From Octopus bimaculoides (taxonomy: Eukaryota), in NCBI RefSeq assembly GCF_001194135.2, contig NC_068991.1, forward strand, positions 36,914,444-36,978,443: DNA of 64,000 nucleotides, written 5' to 3'. Below the pieces are notes generated by a model. It was not told where the DNA came from, ran no database searches, and worked only from the letters and a program-made list of their open reading frames with translations. A program made the translations under genes and the position numbers. Position 1 is the stretch's first letter. The number at the start of each line of letters is the position of its first letter. Positions 1-12,189 of this stretch are shown piece by piece.

Positions 1-863
1 CTATCAAAACGTTGTATTTCTGGGAAAGAAGTATTAAGTGAAGTGTTTATTGCAAATTTTGTGCACTGAAACAAAATATGGATGCCGAGAAGACAAAAAA
101 TCGGTGAATTGTTTGGGCTTCTTAGAAAGTACGGTAGCCGTGTTATTTGCAGTTGAACAAAGTGGATGCAGCACGTCGATGAGATAGGGGTTTATAGCCT
201 GTGATCCAGTTTGATTAAACAATCGGCTGGAAGATCGTTTTTTGTACTTCTTCTTTATCATACATGGTTTAGCTTCCCTGTACTGAATATATAATTCCCC
301 GATGTGTGCAACATTTACGTATTGAAGAGGTCCCTGTTTAATTGGGTTGTGAGATAAAGAAATAGAAAAACAAAAAGGTAGAGATATGGACGGATAGACA
401 TGCAGACTATACATGCATATCCAAAATTTAAACCAAATTCTACAACTACATAATGCGTCCTTCTTTACTTATTACGTTTCTTATTTGTTAACTAAACCGC
501 GACATATCGTTTGGTTTTGCAACAGATAAATAATCAGTTTATGCTGGAAATGATCTGCTAATCACTCATCGATGAACTTAGATTTCTTCGAATAAACATT
601 ACAATATGGGTTAGTGTGATGGCGAAGCGAGAGTTCGAATGGCGGAGACGTTAAGATACACGGTGCCCAGTCAATGAGTTGACGACTCACATTTTGTCAT
701 TACCCTATGTTGTGCTAGCTTTCAACATCTGATTTCAACTTTCTCAAGGTAGGTGCAATATATTTCCCTCACAGACAGAACGGTGACACAGTAAAACTAG
801 GTGATGTTTCGTTTGACTTACAGAAATGACGATAATAATGGTGGTGATGATTATGATGATGAA

Positions 864-957
<94 letters not shown>
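864..957. repeat. Compound microsatellite (GAC)n-(GAT)n
   Basis: Directly visible; explains the poly-D, poly-T and poly-R/H ORFs at 769-1068. Confidence 0.98.
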
Positions 958-958
<1 letters not shown>

Positions 959-1638
959 GGGTGGTGGTGGTGCTGATGGCAATGATGACGTACAGTACCT
1001 CTCGGAAGAAAATCTATTGACAATAAAACACTGTCAAATGTAGGACGCTGTTTTATCGCAAATAACATTTCTTTCGAGATTCGACACTCAACAGCATAGC
1101 ACCCTGAAAACTAAAGATATAATCCCTGATCACACAGGTCTTTGTTATTTGGAAAATAGTTAGCAGGGTTGTTGTTAGTGAAAGCATCATCGTCTAGTAG
1201 TAAGTTTTTACGTATGGCTATGTATAGACAAAACATCTTAAAGATTTTCAAGAAATAATCCATCGGTGTGATACCTTGACTCTTAAGGAAACCCCTATGA
1301 ATTATTTTGTTCCCTTACTTGGAGCATGGACTGAGCTATGCATAATGAGCTATTTATAATGGTTATGCTTGGAATGTAGTTTTTATACATCTCCGATTAC
1401 ACCAAAATATACTATTTTCTCCGTTGCTATTGTATCCAAGCTGTTTCCTACTTACACAGAGCGTCTCTTATTTATCAGTTCTGGTGGTCGGTGTATGAGA
1501 TGGCAGTAGCCGAGCGTCACGGGATCTGTACATTGTTTGTGGTGCCATATTTACGGTAAACAAAAGTGAAGTGTAACATAGTAAAATAACATAATAATCA
1601 CTTTTGTAGTTGCGGGCATTCCAGGGGTAAATTAATGA

Positions 1639-1848
1639 TTTCAAATTATGGCACAAGACCAGCAGCAATTTTAATGGACGGAGTAAGTTGATTATACATC
1701 GACCCCAGGATTCAAATAGCTCTTATTTCATCAACCCCGAAAACATGAAAAGCAAAGTCGACCCTCAGCAAACTTCGAGCCCAGAACAGGAAGAAATACT
1801 ACTAAGCATGTTGTCCAACTTGCCAACGATTATTCCAGCCCACTGCCT
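1639..1848 (-). mobile_element. tRNA-derived SINE family A, diverged copy
   Basis: Reverse complement of the family consensus seen across the window (GGCGAGCTGGCAGAATCGTTAGC...GTCGACTTTGCCTTTCATCCTTTCGGGGTCGATAAAATAAGTACCAG...GGCCTTGTGCC, ATT tail). Confidence 0.85.
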
Positions 1849-2244
1849 TTTCCAAGGATCAAAATAATATAACTCACAATGCTACCTAGAAATTTATTGC
1901 TACGATACACTCCGAATATTATTGGTCTTTGGTCCCCGAAGTAAACAACAGTATTAGTGAACGAAGAACTGCTGAACACTGCCTTTTGTTCATGTTATGC
2001 ACGAGAACGTTCCTCTTATTTGGGTTAGCCGCAGTCCACTTAATTGTAAGCGGGCCTCATAGACTTTTTTTCATAATTCACTGTAGTCCTAAATAGATAT
2101 ATTTGCACCCAGTGTTGATATCTTGTGTGGAATACTGAAGCAGAACAAATATATTACATGTATGAGTGTAGACAAGTTCTTTGAAATATAAGAAACAAAA
2201 TAGCATTTCGGCATTTCAGTTACTCCTTTTCTCAGAGGGCAGGA

Positions 2245-2500
2245 CATTTAACTGCTATATCTAGCATATAGTTCGAACATGCGGAGGGTCCCAGGCTAAC
2301 TTTTCATTTAAGAGACATTCCTCTCCTATTTCTAACAGGTCGAGCGACCATGAAGGAGCCCACACTTGTTATTGTCCATTGACCCAGTTCAACTCTGATT
2401 AAAGGTTTCTTTGTTCCAATTTTTTTGTCTGTTTGTTTATAGGTGTCACAACCCATCTCTTCTTTTTCAGACATAGTGCATTTTGGACAAAGTTATTTAA
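2245..2500 (+). repeat. Dispersed repeat family D (GCTATTTCTAGCAGGTCGAGCGACC motif), rearranged copy
   Basis: Shares GCTAT(T/A)TCTAGCA / CTAACAGGTCGAGCGACCATG and CCATC..TCTTTTTTCAGAC blocks with 18505-18650, 19040-19245 and 41780-42065. Confidence 0.55.
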
Positions 2501-3048
2501 AGTGTCCTTTCTAATTGCAGATGGTAACATATAATTTGATTGAGATTTGACTGATATTTCTAGCAGGCTAGATCACAAATTTTGTTTAATGTGTAGCTCT
2601 TATTTTTATGGAGCAAAAGTTGATTTGTATCACAAATACATCAACAAGAGTGAGGCAGATAAATATGTTTATTTTGCTGCAAAATTGAGGCTTCTGTTGT
2701 CTCGTAATAGAAACATGTTAGTAGTTGACATCATAGCAAATATCGGCCGGAATCGAAAATGCTTTAGAAAAAGAGAGACAAGTGTTAGAAAGTAAAATAA
2801 AAATGCATTTTAAAATATTAACTTCTTTAATATACTTTTCAGGTAAACTAAAATAAAAGAAATTATTTTCCGTTATCACAACAACATAAATAGCAAGAAG
2901 GCCATAATGAGCAGCAAAAACATGCACAACAACAGAAGCATAAACAAAAACTGCAATATCACTAGTATAAAAAGTAACGTTGCGATTTCTAAAACAGGTG
3001 TCAGTTTAAGATAGGGATTTAGTTGATGCAATCTACCCTAGTATATTG

Positions 3049-3259
3049 ATTTCTAATTTTGGCAAGGCCTGAAAATTCGGGAGATGGGATAAGTCAATTA
3101 CATCGACCTCAATGTTCAACTGGTACTTATTTTATCGACCTCGAAAGGATAAAAGGCAAAACCAACTTTGGTGGCATTTGTATTCAGAACGTTAAGACAG
3201 ACGAAATGCCGCTAAGCATTTTTACCGGTGTGCTAACCAATCTACCAGCTCGCCGCCTT
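3049..3259 (-). mobile_element. SINE family A
   Basis: Full head-to-tail match to the family A consensus, reverse strand. Confidence 0.9.
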
Positions 3260-3336
3260 ACCTATCATTAGGAATATTTAAAAACAAAGCGTCACTTATA
3301 TGATGTAAAAGACTAATACATTTTACAAATATTATT

Positions 3337-3489
3337 CACGTAAGTTTCAAATTCTGCCGAGGTCGACTTCGCCTTTCATCCTTTCGAGGTCGGTAAAATA
3401 AGTACCAGTGAAACACTGGGGTTGATGTAATCGACTTAACCTCCTCCCAACAAATTTCAGGCCTTGTGCGTATAGTTGAAAGGATTATT
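3337..3489 (+). mobile_element. SINE family A, 5'-truncated
   Basis: GAGGTCGACTTCGCCTTTCATCCTTTCGAGGTCGGTAAAATAAGTACCAG...GAAAGGATTATT tail. Confidence 0.9.
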
Positions 3490-3530
3490 CACTTAGGTAT
3501 CGTTCAATATTTTCTCACTTTTGTTCGTTT

Positions 3531-3683
3531 CTACGTTCCGAGTTCAAGTATCACTGAGGTCAACTTTGCCTTTCATCCTTTTGGGGTCGATAAAGTAAGT
3601 ACCAAATGAACAATGTGGTCGACGTAATCGACTTACTCCCTCCCCCGAAATTTCTGGCAACATGCTAAAATTTCAAACCAATA
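3531..3683 (+). mobile_element. SINE family A, 5'-truncated
   Basis: Family A core GCCTTTCATCCTTTTGGGGTCGATAAAGTAAGTACC. Confidence 0.88.
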
Positions 3684-3956
3684 TTTATTGCAACAGGATG
3701 ACGTGTGTGCATTAAATTACAAACCATACGAACGGATGGGTGTATTGTTCAGTCCAAGTTAATAGGAGAATGGGCAATTTGATTCTGATGCATAAAACGT
3801 TGGAAAGATGTGGTGTGCAAAACTCAATAAAATGATATTCAACTAAAATTATAACAATCTCAACATAGAACCGGCCTTTACTTCTCAAGTCTTGCGAAAA
3901 AAAAAACAGGAGAGGTATAATTGCACCACTATGGACTATGTCTCTATACTATAGCT

Positions 3957-4284
3957 GTGAAGGCGCGGGGCTTAATGGTTTGGGCGTTCGGCTCTCAATC
4001 ATAAGGTAGTGAGTTCAATTTCCGGTGGCACGTTGTATGCTTGGGTAAGGCACTTTATTCCACGATGCTCCAGTCCACTCAGCTGGCAAAAATGAGCAGC
4101 ACCTGTATTTCAAAGGGCCAGCCATGTCACACTCTGTGCCATGCTGAATCTCCCTGAGAACTACGTTAAGGATATGCGTGTCGGTGGAGTATCTCAGCTA
4201 TTTGCACGTTAATTTCACAAGCAGGTTGTTCCGTTGATCAGATCAATTGGAACCCTGGTCGTCGTAGCCAATGGGGTGCCAGTC
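3957..4284 (+). mobile_element. tRNA-derived SINE family B (CORE-SINE-like)
   Basis: Pol III-like head (GGCTTAATGGT A-box, GAGTTCAATTTCC B-box), then CTTGGGTAAGGCACTTTATTCCACGATGCTCCAGTCCACTCAGCTGGCAAAAATGAG, which resembles the CORE domain. Multiple copies in the window. Confidence 0.8.
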
Positions 4285-5135
4285 TTCTATACTGCAAAAT
4301 ATTTCTATTTTACAACGACAACCTACACTGAAGATAAAAAATACTATGACAATATTCTTGTATAAGCTCTGGAAGGAAAATAGCATAGCCCAGGCTAATG
4401 TTGAATTCGTTTAGATTAGCTGACTTAAGATACATTAAGCTAAAATAAGTATCGGTAGTTAGACTAGAGCTGTTAAAAGAAAGACCACCTAACATAAAAA
4501 CAAAACAAATAAAATTGAGAATATACATCATAAACATAAACCCAACAGGTGCAAAACATAGGAAATATCAAAGAGCAGCAGAGAAATGACTAACAAAACT
4601 TAACCAGAACAATACAAACAAAAAATATAAATATGAAGTGTAAGGAAAATTGAAGAATAGAAAATTCTAGAGGTGGAAGTCAAGAACATGGCATTCTAAA
4701 GGCGGGGGAAATTAAATAATTAACATCAATGGAAACTCTTCGCTACAACCCAGCGAAAGTATCTCTCAACGATAAAACTCAACAATAAAATGGCAACAAC
4801 GACAAAAACACAGACTTGGCCAGCACAAACTTTATGAAAATGAGTACGAGTATGAATAGCACAAGCTTCAGCAAAATACAATGCGGCAGCCATTGCAAAC
4901 TGCGATGGAAAGAGAATTAGAAAGTCATAGAAAATAGAAAACTATAAAAATAGAAAGTAGGAAACCATAAAAATAGAAAACAAAAATAGGAAGCGTCAGG
5001 GAATAAGAAAAATATCTTTGAGTCTTTAATGAAATAAATAGCAAAATAATACAAATAAAAGAGATGAGACTAATACAACAGAAATATATCATAACAAAAA
5101 ATGGAAAAATCAATAATTAAAGAACTCCTGAACAA

Positions 5136-6630
5136 GTGATTCTCACTGAATTTCAAAAACACCGTCGAAGAAATGTTTTAGCAAACAAAAACTATTCAAC
5201 TTCAATCCGCACCTACTTTGCGGAAGTAGTACTCCCAAAGACAAAGCCTCCACCTCTGCTGCCCTTTTGCATCCAATTCGACTTTATTCACCTTTGGCCA
5301 ATTTACACCTCTTCTTTTCCACCAATCAGCCCACCTATTATACACATACTCCAGATGCAGAAAAATATCTGGTTGCTTCAAACCACCAAGATCACCAGCC
5401 CTAATAACATCCTTTCCATCACACGCAAACATATTGCCTCAGAATTTGCTCATATGCTCATCGAACTCTTTAATCTCTCACTCTTCACCAAGATCTTCTC
5501 TGTCATTTAAAAGCATTCCTTAGTGTGCCCCTTTCCAAAGAAAGGTATTCATTTTAACTCAGCCAACTATCGTTAATATCCCTCCCAAATGATTTATCTC
5601 TTTAGAAAAGTTTTGTGATGCTATTCTAGACATCAGCAAAGATTTTGACCGTGTTGGAATGCAAATTTTCAGTCAAAACTTCTCGTCTGTGAGCTCCACC
5701 GTTCACTTATCACTTGTGTTGATATCCTCCTATCAAATCATACCGCCATTGCAAATATGACTTCACGGAGATCTTTCTAGAGCACTGTCACTCAATTCTG
5801 ATGTCCTCATGGGTTTGGGTTTTTTTCGACCGCACTCTCTTTTTTATATACTTCAATAACTTGCCACCATTCTGACATTGCCCATTTTTATGCAGACAGT
5901 ACACTCTTTCATTCGTTCCTAAATTTCTTCAACCACACATCACCCACATGCTAGTAAGACACCACACACCAATCTTAAATTGATTTCATAAATGGAAACT
6001 TTGAGAACATCTACCAATGTAGCCATACTAACCTTGTCACTTTTATCAGCGACAGAAAAAAAAGAGAAAATCCAAACACTATTCTAAACATGAACATCAA
6101 TCCAAAGCTCTCATGATCCCTTCAAAAATTAGGTGTTACAATCGCCGAAGATCTCTTCCAGAGAAAGTACATCCTTAACATAGCTATGACACATCACAAA
6201 GATTTGCTCTTCTCTTTAGGCCAGAAAATATTTCAGTCCCTAACAATTGTGGATAATAAAACCCACTTTGGAGTGTTACTCCAGCATCTGACATAGTACT
6301 GCTGATATTCCCACTAACATCTTTATCCAAAAAGGGGCCACTTGACTGACTCTTATAAAGTCATCCACAGACACGCTTCAGCCTCTTTTCTAAAAGCATT
6401 CTGCCTCCTCTATCTGACATTTCTGCTGGATGGTCTCATATCATTCAGGCACCCTGACTCACTTGTCTGTCTCAACTACCGTCACCGTGTCGCCTCCACC
6501 ACCACCTACACATCGCGTTAATCATTGTTTTCAGTCCTTTCTTCTCAGAACCTTGTCTCTCCGGAATCTTTTCACGATCAATCTTTCCTGCAGATGTTAA
6601 TCTGAAACAGTTTCAACAACATCAGGTTCA
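5136..6630 (+). mobile_element. Degenerate CR1/L2-group LINE (reverse transcriptase pseudogene, 3' half)
   Basis: Frameshifted RT motifs in order: KHIASEFAHMLIELFNLSL..VCPFPKKG..NSANYR, LDISKDFDRV, HFYAD, LGVTIAEDL, and a C-terminal SF.PRT..LWN-like segment. Confidence 0.85.
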
Positions 6631-6756
6631 CTAGTCTCGGAGGTCCTACAATGGTTATGAGTACTGTTCTTTCCTCCAGACTTAGCAATTTAAAAAGCAA
6701 AAAATAGCTTCAGCGTAATTTTCTATGGGAATGTTTGAACGAAAAGAAACTATTTT

Positions 6757-7124
6757 AACAATTGCAGCGCGGAAGATGTTTATAAGCTATTTAAGAACAT
6801 ACAAAAAAAACCGTTAGACTCACTTCAACATTTAAATTTAATTTATGTCAAAATATTTTCGTGGCTTTGAAACCGCGACGAAACCTCTGACGAAACTTCG
6901 TGCTACACGAAGTTTTGATGCAGTACGAAGTTTTGTCAGTGAACAGGTCACGGTTTCAAAGTGACGAAAATATTTTGACACAAATTAAATTTAAATTCTG
7001 AAGTGAATCTAACGGGTTTTTTGTGTGTTCTTAAATGGTGTATAAACATCTTCCACGCTGCAATTGTTTTTGTTCCAGCACACTATCTCTGATGAAGTGA
7101 CTTGCTATGCAAGTACATCTCCGT
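6757..7124. mobile_element. Palindromic (fold-back) element with 16-17 bp target-site duplication
   Basis: Arms 6757-6879 and 6947-7068 are imperfect reverse complements, with an inner hairpin at 6887-6939. Flanked by AAAAGAAACTATTTTAA (6742-6758) and AAAAGAACTATTTTAA (7125-7140). Confidence 0.85.
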
Positions 7125-9249
7125 AAAAGAACTATTTTAAATTAGCTGAGAAATGACACATCAGTATCTAAAAATCGATTATGGAATTTCCGAACCAAGA
7201 ACTGAGAATTGAAGAAAATAAATATGGAACAAATCGACTTGTCTAATAAAGTAAATGATAAGATTTCGTTAATCAAGATTGAAGCGTTAAAATTATCAAA
7301 GAGAAAGGATAAGTTAGGGAATTTAACTTTAATCTGTTACAGTTAAAGAAGCGAAATTTTAAAATTGTCTTCCACACACATATTATGAACTTTCGTAAGA
7401 CTACGAGCATATTTCACCGTTCACTAAAGTCACTATTAACAAACAAGAAAATAAGATGACTCTATATCAGTGTGCTTCGTCGCAATGTGACAATGGGCAT
7501 GTGAGGTTTGAAAAGGTGAGGGAAGCAGACAAAATTTCACGTTTAAGATGGTTTCGAACCCATTTAAAACTTGTCCAACACCATGGTGAATATAGAAGAA
7601 TTATATGAACGTAGATATTAGCACGCATCAGTAAATAATTTGTTTGCTAAGTTATTAGCAGGAGCCACAGAATCTTGTGATATTCCTTAACCCGAGGAGG
7701 CTTTGGCTGAGAAAACACAGTGATGTCGAAACATGGGTATCCCAAAGTCCACCTTCCGCTATTGAATCGAGTGTGTTATGAACACACATTCGTCTGAAAA
7801 GAGAGCTATTCTCCAAGGACGAAATACAACAATGATTAGCATATTCACTTTCGAATATACCGGGACGTATTAAGAATGGTTATATATGTCATAGAAACTG
7901 TCTTTTGTTTTCTCATTAACACAGTGGAAAAGGAAAGGAGAAAACATCCCTAATATTTGTTAGGAATATGGCTTATAGCCTTAGAACAAATGCGCTATAG
8001 TTCAACTCTTATATTATGATACATTAGAGAAAAAGTAGTTCAGAGACGCATTTCGGGTGAAAAAATAATACTTCAGTTAACAGATTTAAGGCTGGGAGTA
8101 TTAATAAAACTAGCGAGAAATAAGTAATCGGCGAGGCAAAATTATATCAGCAAATAACTAACATTTTTCCAAACTGTTCAACATAAGCAAGGAACTTGCT
8201 TATGCTAAAGACATTTAAAGTGAGATAGATTTTCCTGAATAACCTTTTATTCGGTTATTCTAACTGTATGGTTAATTTAAACATTAAAAATTAGACACTG
8301 GTTTAGAAAACACAAATTTAATGATTCAATCGCTGTCAGATAGCACTCAGGAGATTAACAATGTCTGTCGAATTAGTTGGCCCTTTATTTTGATATACGA
8401 AGCTAGTTTGTAGCCTTATGGACCGTTGATGATACTATCAATCTGAAGTGCAAATATTTTGTTCACTGCGTTCAAGATTATAATCTTAGTCTCTAAAGGA
8501 ATATGCTCCCCTTGACGAATAAATGTTAGACAATATAAACACTAACTTAAAACAGAAAACAGCAACATACCAAATATGGGACTCGAAAACGATAGCTTTC
8601 TGTGTAATCATCTTACAGATTACACTGCGTGATCATTTGCCGTCCTTTCAAAATTATGTACTATTGAATTTTTTTAATAGTTGAACTCTACTATGTTATC
8701 TCTACAAGATAATTTATCACCCACTTAGCGATAGTAGTATATGCCCAGCATAACAAGGTATTCTGTCATAGTTTGCTGACAACTACGAAGAATAGACCAA
8801 CAAATCAACCAAAAAATACTGAAGCCAACTCTACAAACACTCTTTGATCTAATACATTTTTTATTACAGCTTCTCTGTTATTCGGGCTATCATGGGGGCA
8901 ATAAATAGAATAGATACCATCTCCAATAACATATAGGTCTACTGCATTCTATTACCTAGACCGAGCCCCGTTACATTACTGGAGCGACCAGTTTTGTAAT
9001 CATTTTCTGAATTTTATTTGAAGCCATTTCACTTTACTTATGTGGCTACTATTCTTGCCGTAGATATGAACTTCAACGATACAATTAATTTGAGGCATTG
9101 CTCTTCAGTATAAATTTAAGAAAACATATGTGAAACATGACGTGTTCGTATAAATCGTGTCCTTGTTATGGCAAAGTGGTAGTGCAAAGTTGTTATAGCA
9201 AACTACAGTGTAACAGAGAGAGAAAAACAAGAGAGAAAGACAAGAGAGA

Positions 9250-9291
9250 AAAAGAGAGAGAGAGAGAAAGGGAGTGTGTACGTGTGTGTGT

Positions 9292-9323
<32 letters not shown>

Positions 9324-9330
9324 TTGTGAT
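9250..9330. repeat. (GA)n/(GT)n microsatellites
   Basis: Directly visible. Confidence 0.95.
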
Positions 9331-9544
9331 ATGAGTAACTTCCTTTGTGCATAAGTTGTATGCAAAATCAGTGTACGTGTGTCTATCTGTATTTGTATGG
9401 GTGTAAGTAGCTGTGTGCGTGTGTATGTGTGTGTATATTGTGTTCATCACTATCTATTCCTTAATAATGGGGGACTTAATTTCGCTTAAGTGCTTACGTT
9501 TAATTCTGTATTTGTTCGATTAGCGAGGGAGAGAATATGAGTTA

Positions 9545-9690
9545 AGTTGTTGTAGTAGTAGTAGTAGTTGTTGTTGTTGTTGTTGTTGTTGTTGGCGGCG
9601 GCGGCGGCGGCAACAGCAGCGGCAGTGGTGGTGGAGGGGCGGCGGCGGTGAAGGTGGTGAAGGCGGTGGTGGTGGTGATGGTGGTTGGCG
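9545..9690. repeat. Compound (GTA)/(GTT)/(GGC)/(GGT) trinucleotide tract
   Basis: Directly visible. Confidence 0.92.
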
Positions 9691-10550
9691 GTTTTGTGTT
9701 TTTTGTTATTAAGTTGGTATCAATGCGAATGTTTTTTTCAACCTTGCATATTTCTTAATTCAGTTCTAGTATTAATATATCGATTAGAAGTTCAATAAGG
9801 AACGTAACCTGGCTGTAGATGGTGCTGATGTGCATTTGGCAACATTTTTATTGACAGTTTAGAGTACATTTTCATGGCTTTGTGTGTGCACACGTGCATG
9901 TGTGCGTCTGTATGAGTGTGCGGAGGGGTGTACGCATGTCTATAAATACGTCTTAAATTACACGTGAAGAATGTTTATGACAAGCAAAACAGCAGACGTA
10001 TTATTGATTTCATAGAGGCACCAACTTCCTCATGCAGCAGATTTATAGACAAATGTAAATAGGATTGAGATACAGTATCTATGTCTCTCCCAAGGACACT
10101 AATTATATCAATGGTGCTAACTGGTTTCAATTTAGGATCGAAACCGGTTCACGGAATTAGTTCATTGAAGATTTCTTTATACTTCAGAGAAGTTGTTATC
10201 TTAAACATGCCAAGAAACATTGTTTCTTATTCTGTGACAAGAAGAGTTATAGAAGAGAAGTAATATGGGAATTTATGGCGTTCATACATTCTTAGTCGTT
10301 TTTATATTATGGCAGAAATTATGATAAAGTATTGCACTTCTTTTTTTTAAATAAACGCCCTACAACGGCAGAAATGATAGATTGCCGGATAAAACGCTTT
10401 AGTTTCATCTTCCAGAGTTCTCGTGGCTTTCATTACTTTTCTCACGATATTGTACAAAGAATTTCTCTAGAGCGATCCATTTGACTCAATTTGTTTTCCC
10501 TTTACAAACTTTGGGTACTTTGCCAATATGAGAAATCCTAGTGTGAAGTA

Positions 10551-10674
10551 TTAATGATTTCTAACATTGGCACTAGGGGAAACATTTTAAGGCTAGCTAT
10601 AGACGATTAAATTGAGCCCAATCATTGACTAGTACTTTATTTTATCAATCTCAGATGGATGAAACGCAAAGTTG

Positions 10675-10712
<38 letters not shown>
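10551..10712 (-). mobile_element. Diverged SINE family A fragment followed by (GA)n
   Basis: GGATGAAACGCAAAGTTGACCTCA matches the reverse family A core. Confidence 0.7.
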
Positions 10713-10715
<3 letters not shown>

Positions 10716-10901
10716 GAATAAAATATGTGAAGCTATACAAAGCAATAATGGTGGATATACTGTATAAATTGTAAAGAATGTACTAAACGTTTTGTTGATT
10801 CACTTTAGTGTTTCCATAATTATGTTTTGTTACATACCGACACTGAATAAGTTGAAAAGATGTTACATTACTTGCGCAAGATTTAAATTAATGTTTTGGC
10901 A

Positions 10902-11135
10902 ACCATGTTCTCTCATGTAGTTACACGGAACGACCTAGAAGTTTTGTTGCATCACCTGGATAAATTGTAATCTAGTTGTTTTTGGTAAGCATGTTCACTT
11001 ATGTAGCTATACCGGACGACCTGGACAATTTGTTGGACTACCTGGGTACAATTTAATTTGTTTGGGTAAATATGTTCTTCTGTAGTTTCACACTGACTGA
11101 GGAAGGATTTTTAAACACCTGTGAAAATATTGACT
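10902..11135 (+). repeat. Diverged ~81-86 bp tandem repeat (two full units and a third diverging unit), each starting ATGTTC
   Basis: ATGs at 10905, 10991 and 11072; units 1 and 2 align without indels over 66 nt. Confidence 0.7.
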
Positions 11136-12189
11136 TGTAATATAAGTTGTATCGCAAAGCCAAAGATTTATTAAGGAATACCACGGGATGTTGTACAGTT
11201 CATGCCTTTCTCCAGAGAATTAGAAGTTTGATTAAACTGGAATTATTACAAAATGGAATACGAAGTCAGGGTGTACATCTCACCAGGAACCGAATTTTAC
11301 ACAGAGATGTCAATGTGAAGATATATTAAATATCGATTTGTAAATAGGCATATCAATGTTTATTTCTAGAAAGCAAATGTTGCTACCGAGACATCCATAC
11401 CTTTCTATAGCGCATCGGTAACGAGACTGATATAAAATGGCTGTATGCATCAAGTGAAAGCAGGTCACGAACTCAGGTCTGCAGGAGCAAAGCTCTCACA
11501 TGGTCGATTGCCTTACACCTGTGAAAATATTACTCAGGTACCCAGGAGCTATGATTATATATTTAATACTTTAATAGTTTTATGAAGCTACAGGGTGTCT
11601 AAAAATGTTTTCGTTATGCTTTGGAAGTATCGCTGCAGTAATTGTAAACTAGTTTTCTCTTATAACTTGTCTAATCGTCAGCGTACTTATTGATATCAGT
11701 TTGCCTAATAAATCCCAGTGGTGCAAATTTTAAGATGAAAGTATCAGCGAAATTGTATTATATCTCCCGTAGACAGATAGCAGACAAGAAGATAGACAGA
11801 CAGACAAACTGGCACGCACACGCTTGTGCACATACACACACACACACACATGCATGCATACATACATACATACATACATACATACATACATACATACATC
11901 AGGAGGTCAAACATTTGAAAAAGTTTAACATAGTGTCTTATATCAACAAAATTGTTGAACTTAAACTGAAAGCAAACTGAACTTACATTTTGGTTGAAGC
12001 CACTTAGCCACTAATTCCTTGAATGCCTCACAATCTCATATCATTTCCAGTATAACATTCCGATAATGAGCCTGATTAAAACAAAATAATAATTAACAAT
12101 TTATTATCTGCATAATTACCGGTCACATGTCGCTAGAAATTAATGTTGCAATGATTTGCTTTATACAAAAAAAAACGTAGGAAGTCAGT

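Noticed and set aside
34-414. 126-aa minus-strand ORF
   Set aside because: No recognisable domain or convincing splice sites; the opposite strand has similarly long open stretches, so chance or decayed TE is as likely.
990-1400. Possible piggyBac transposase remnant (FLSRFD, SESII)
   Set aside because: Motifs too short and broken; no TTAA or TIR found.
3957-4040. tRNA gene
   Set aside because: A/B-box-like head of a SINE; no complete cloverleaf.
7620-8200. Possible pogo/Tigger remnant (MGIPKST)
   Set aside because: Single short motif with no supporting domains or termini.
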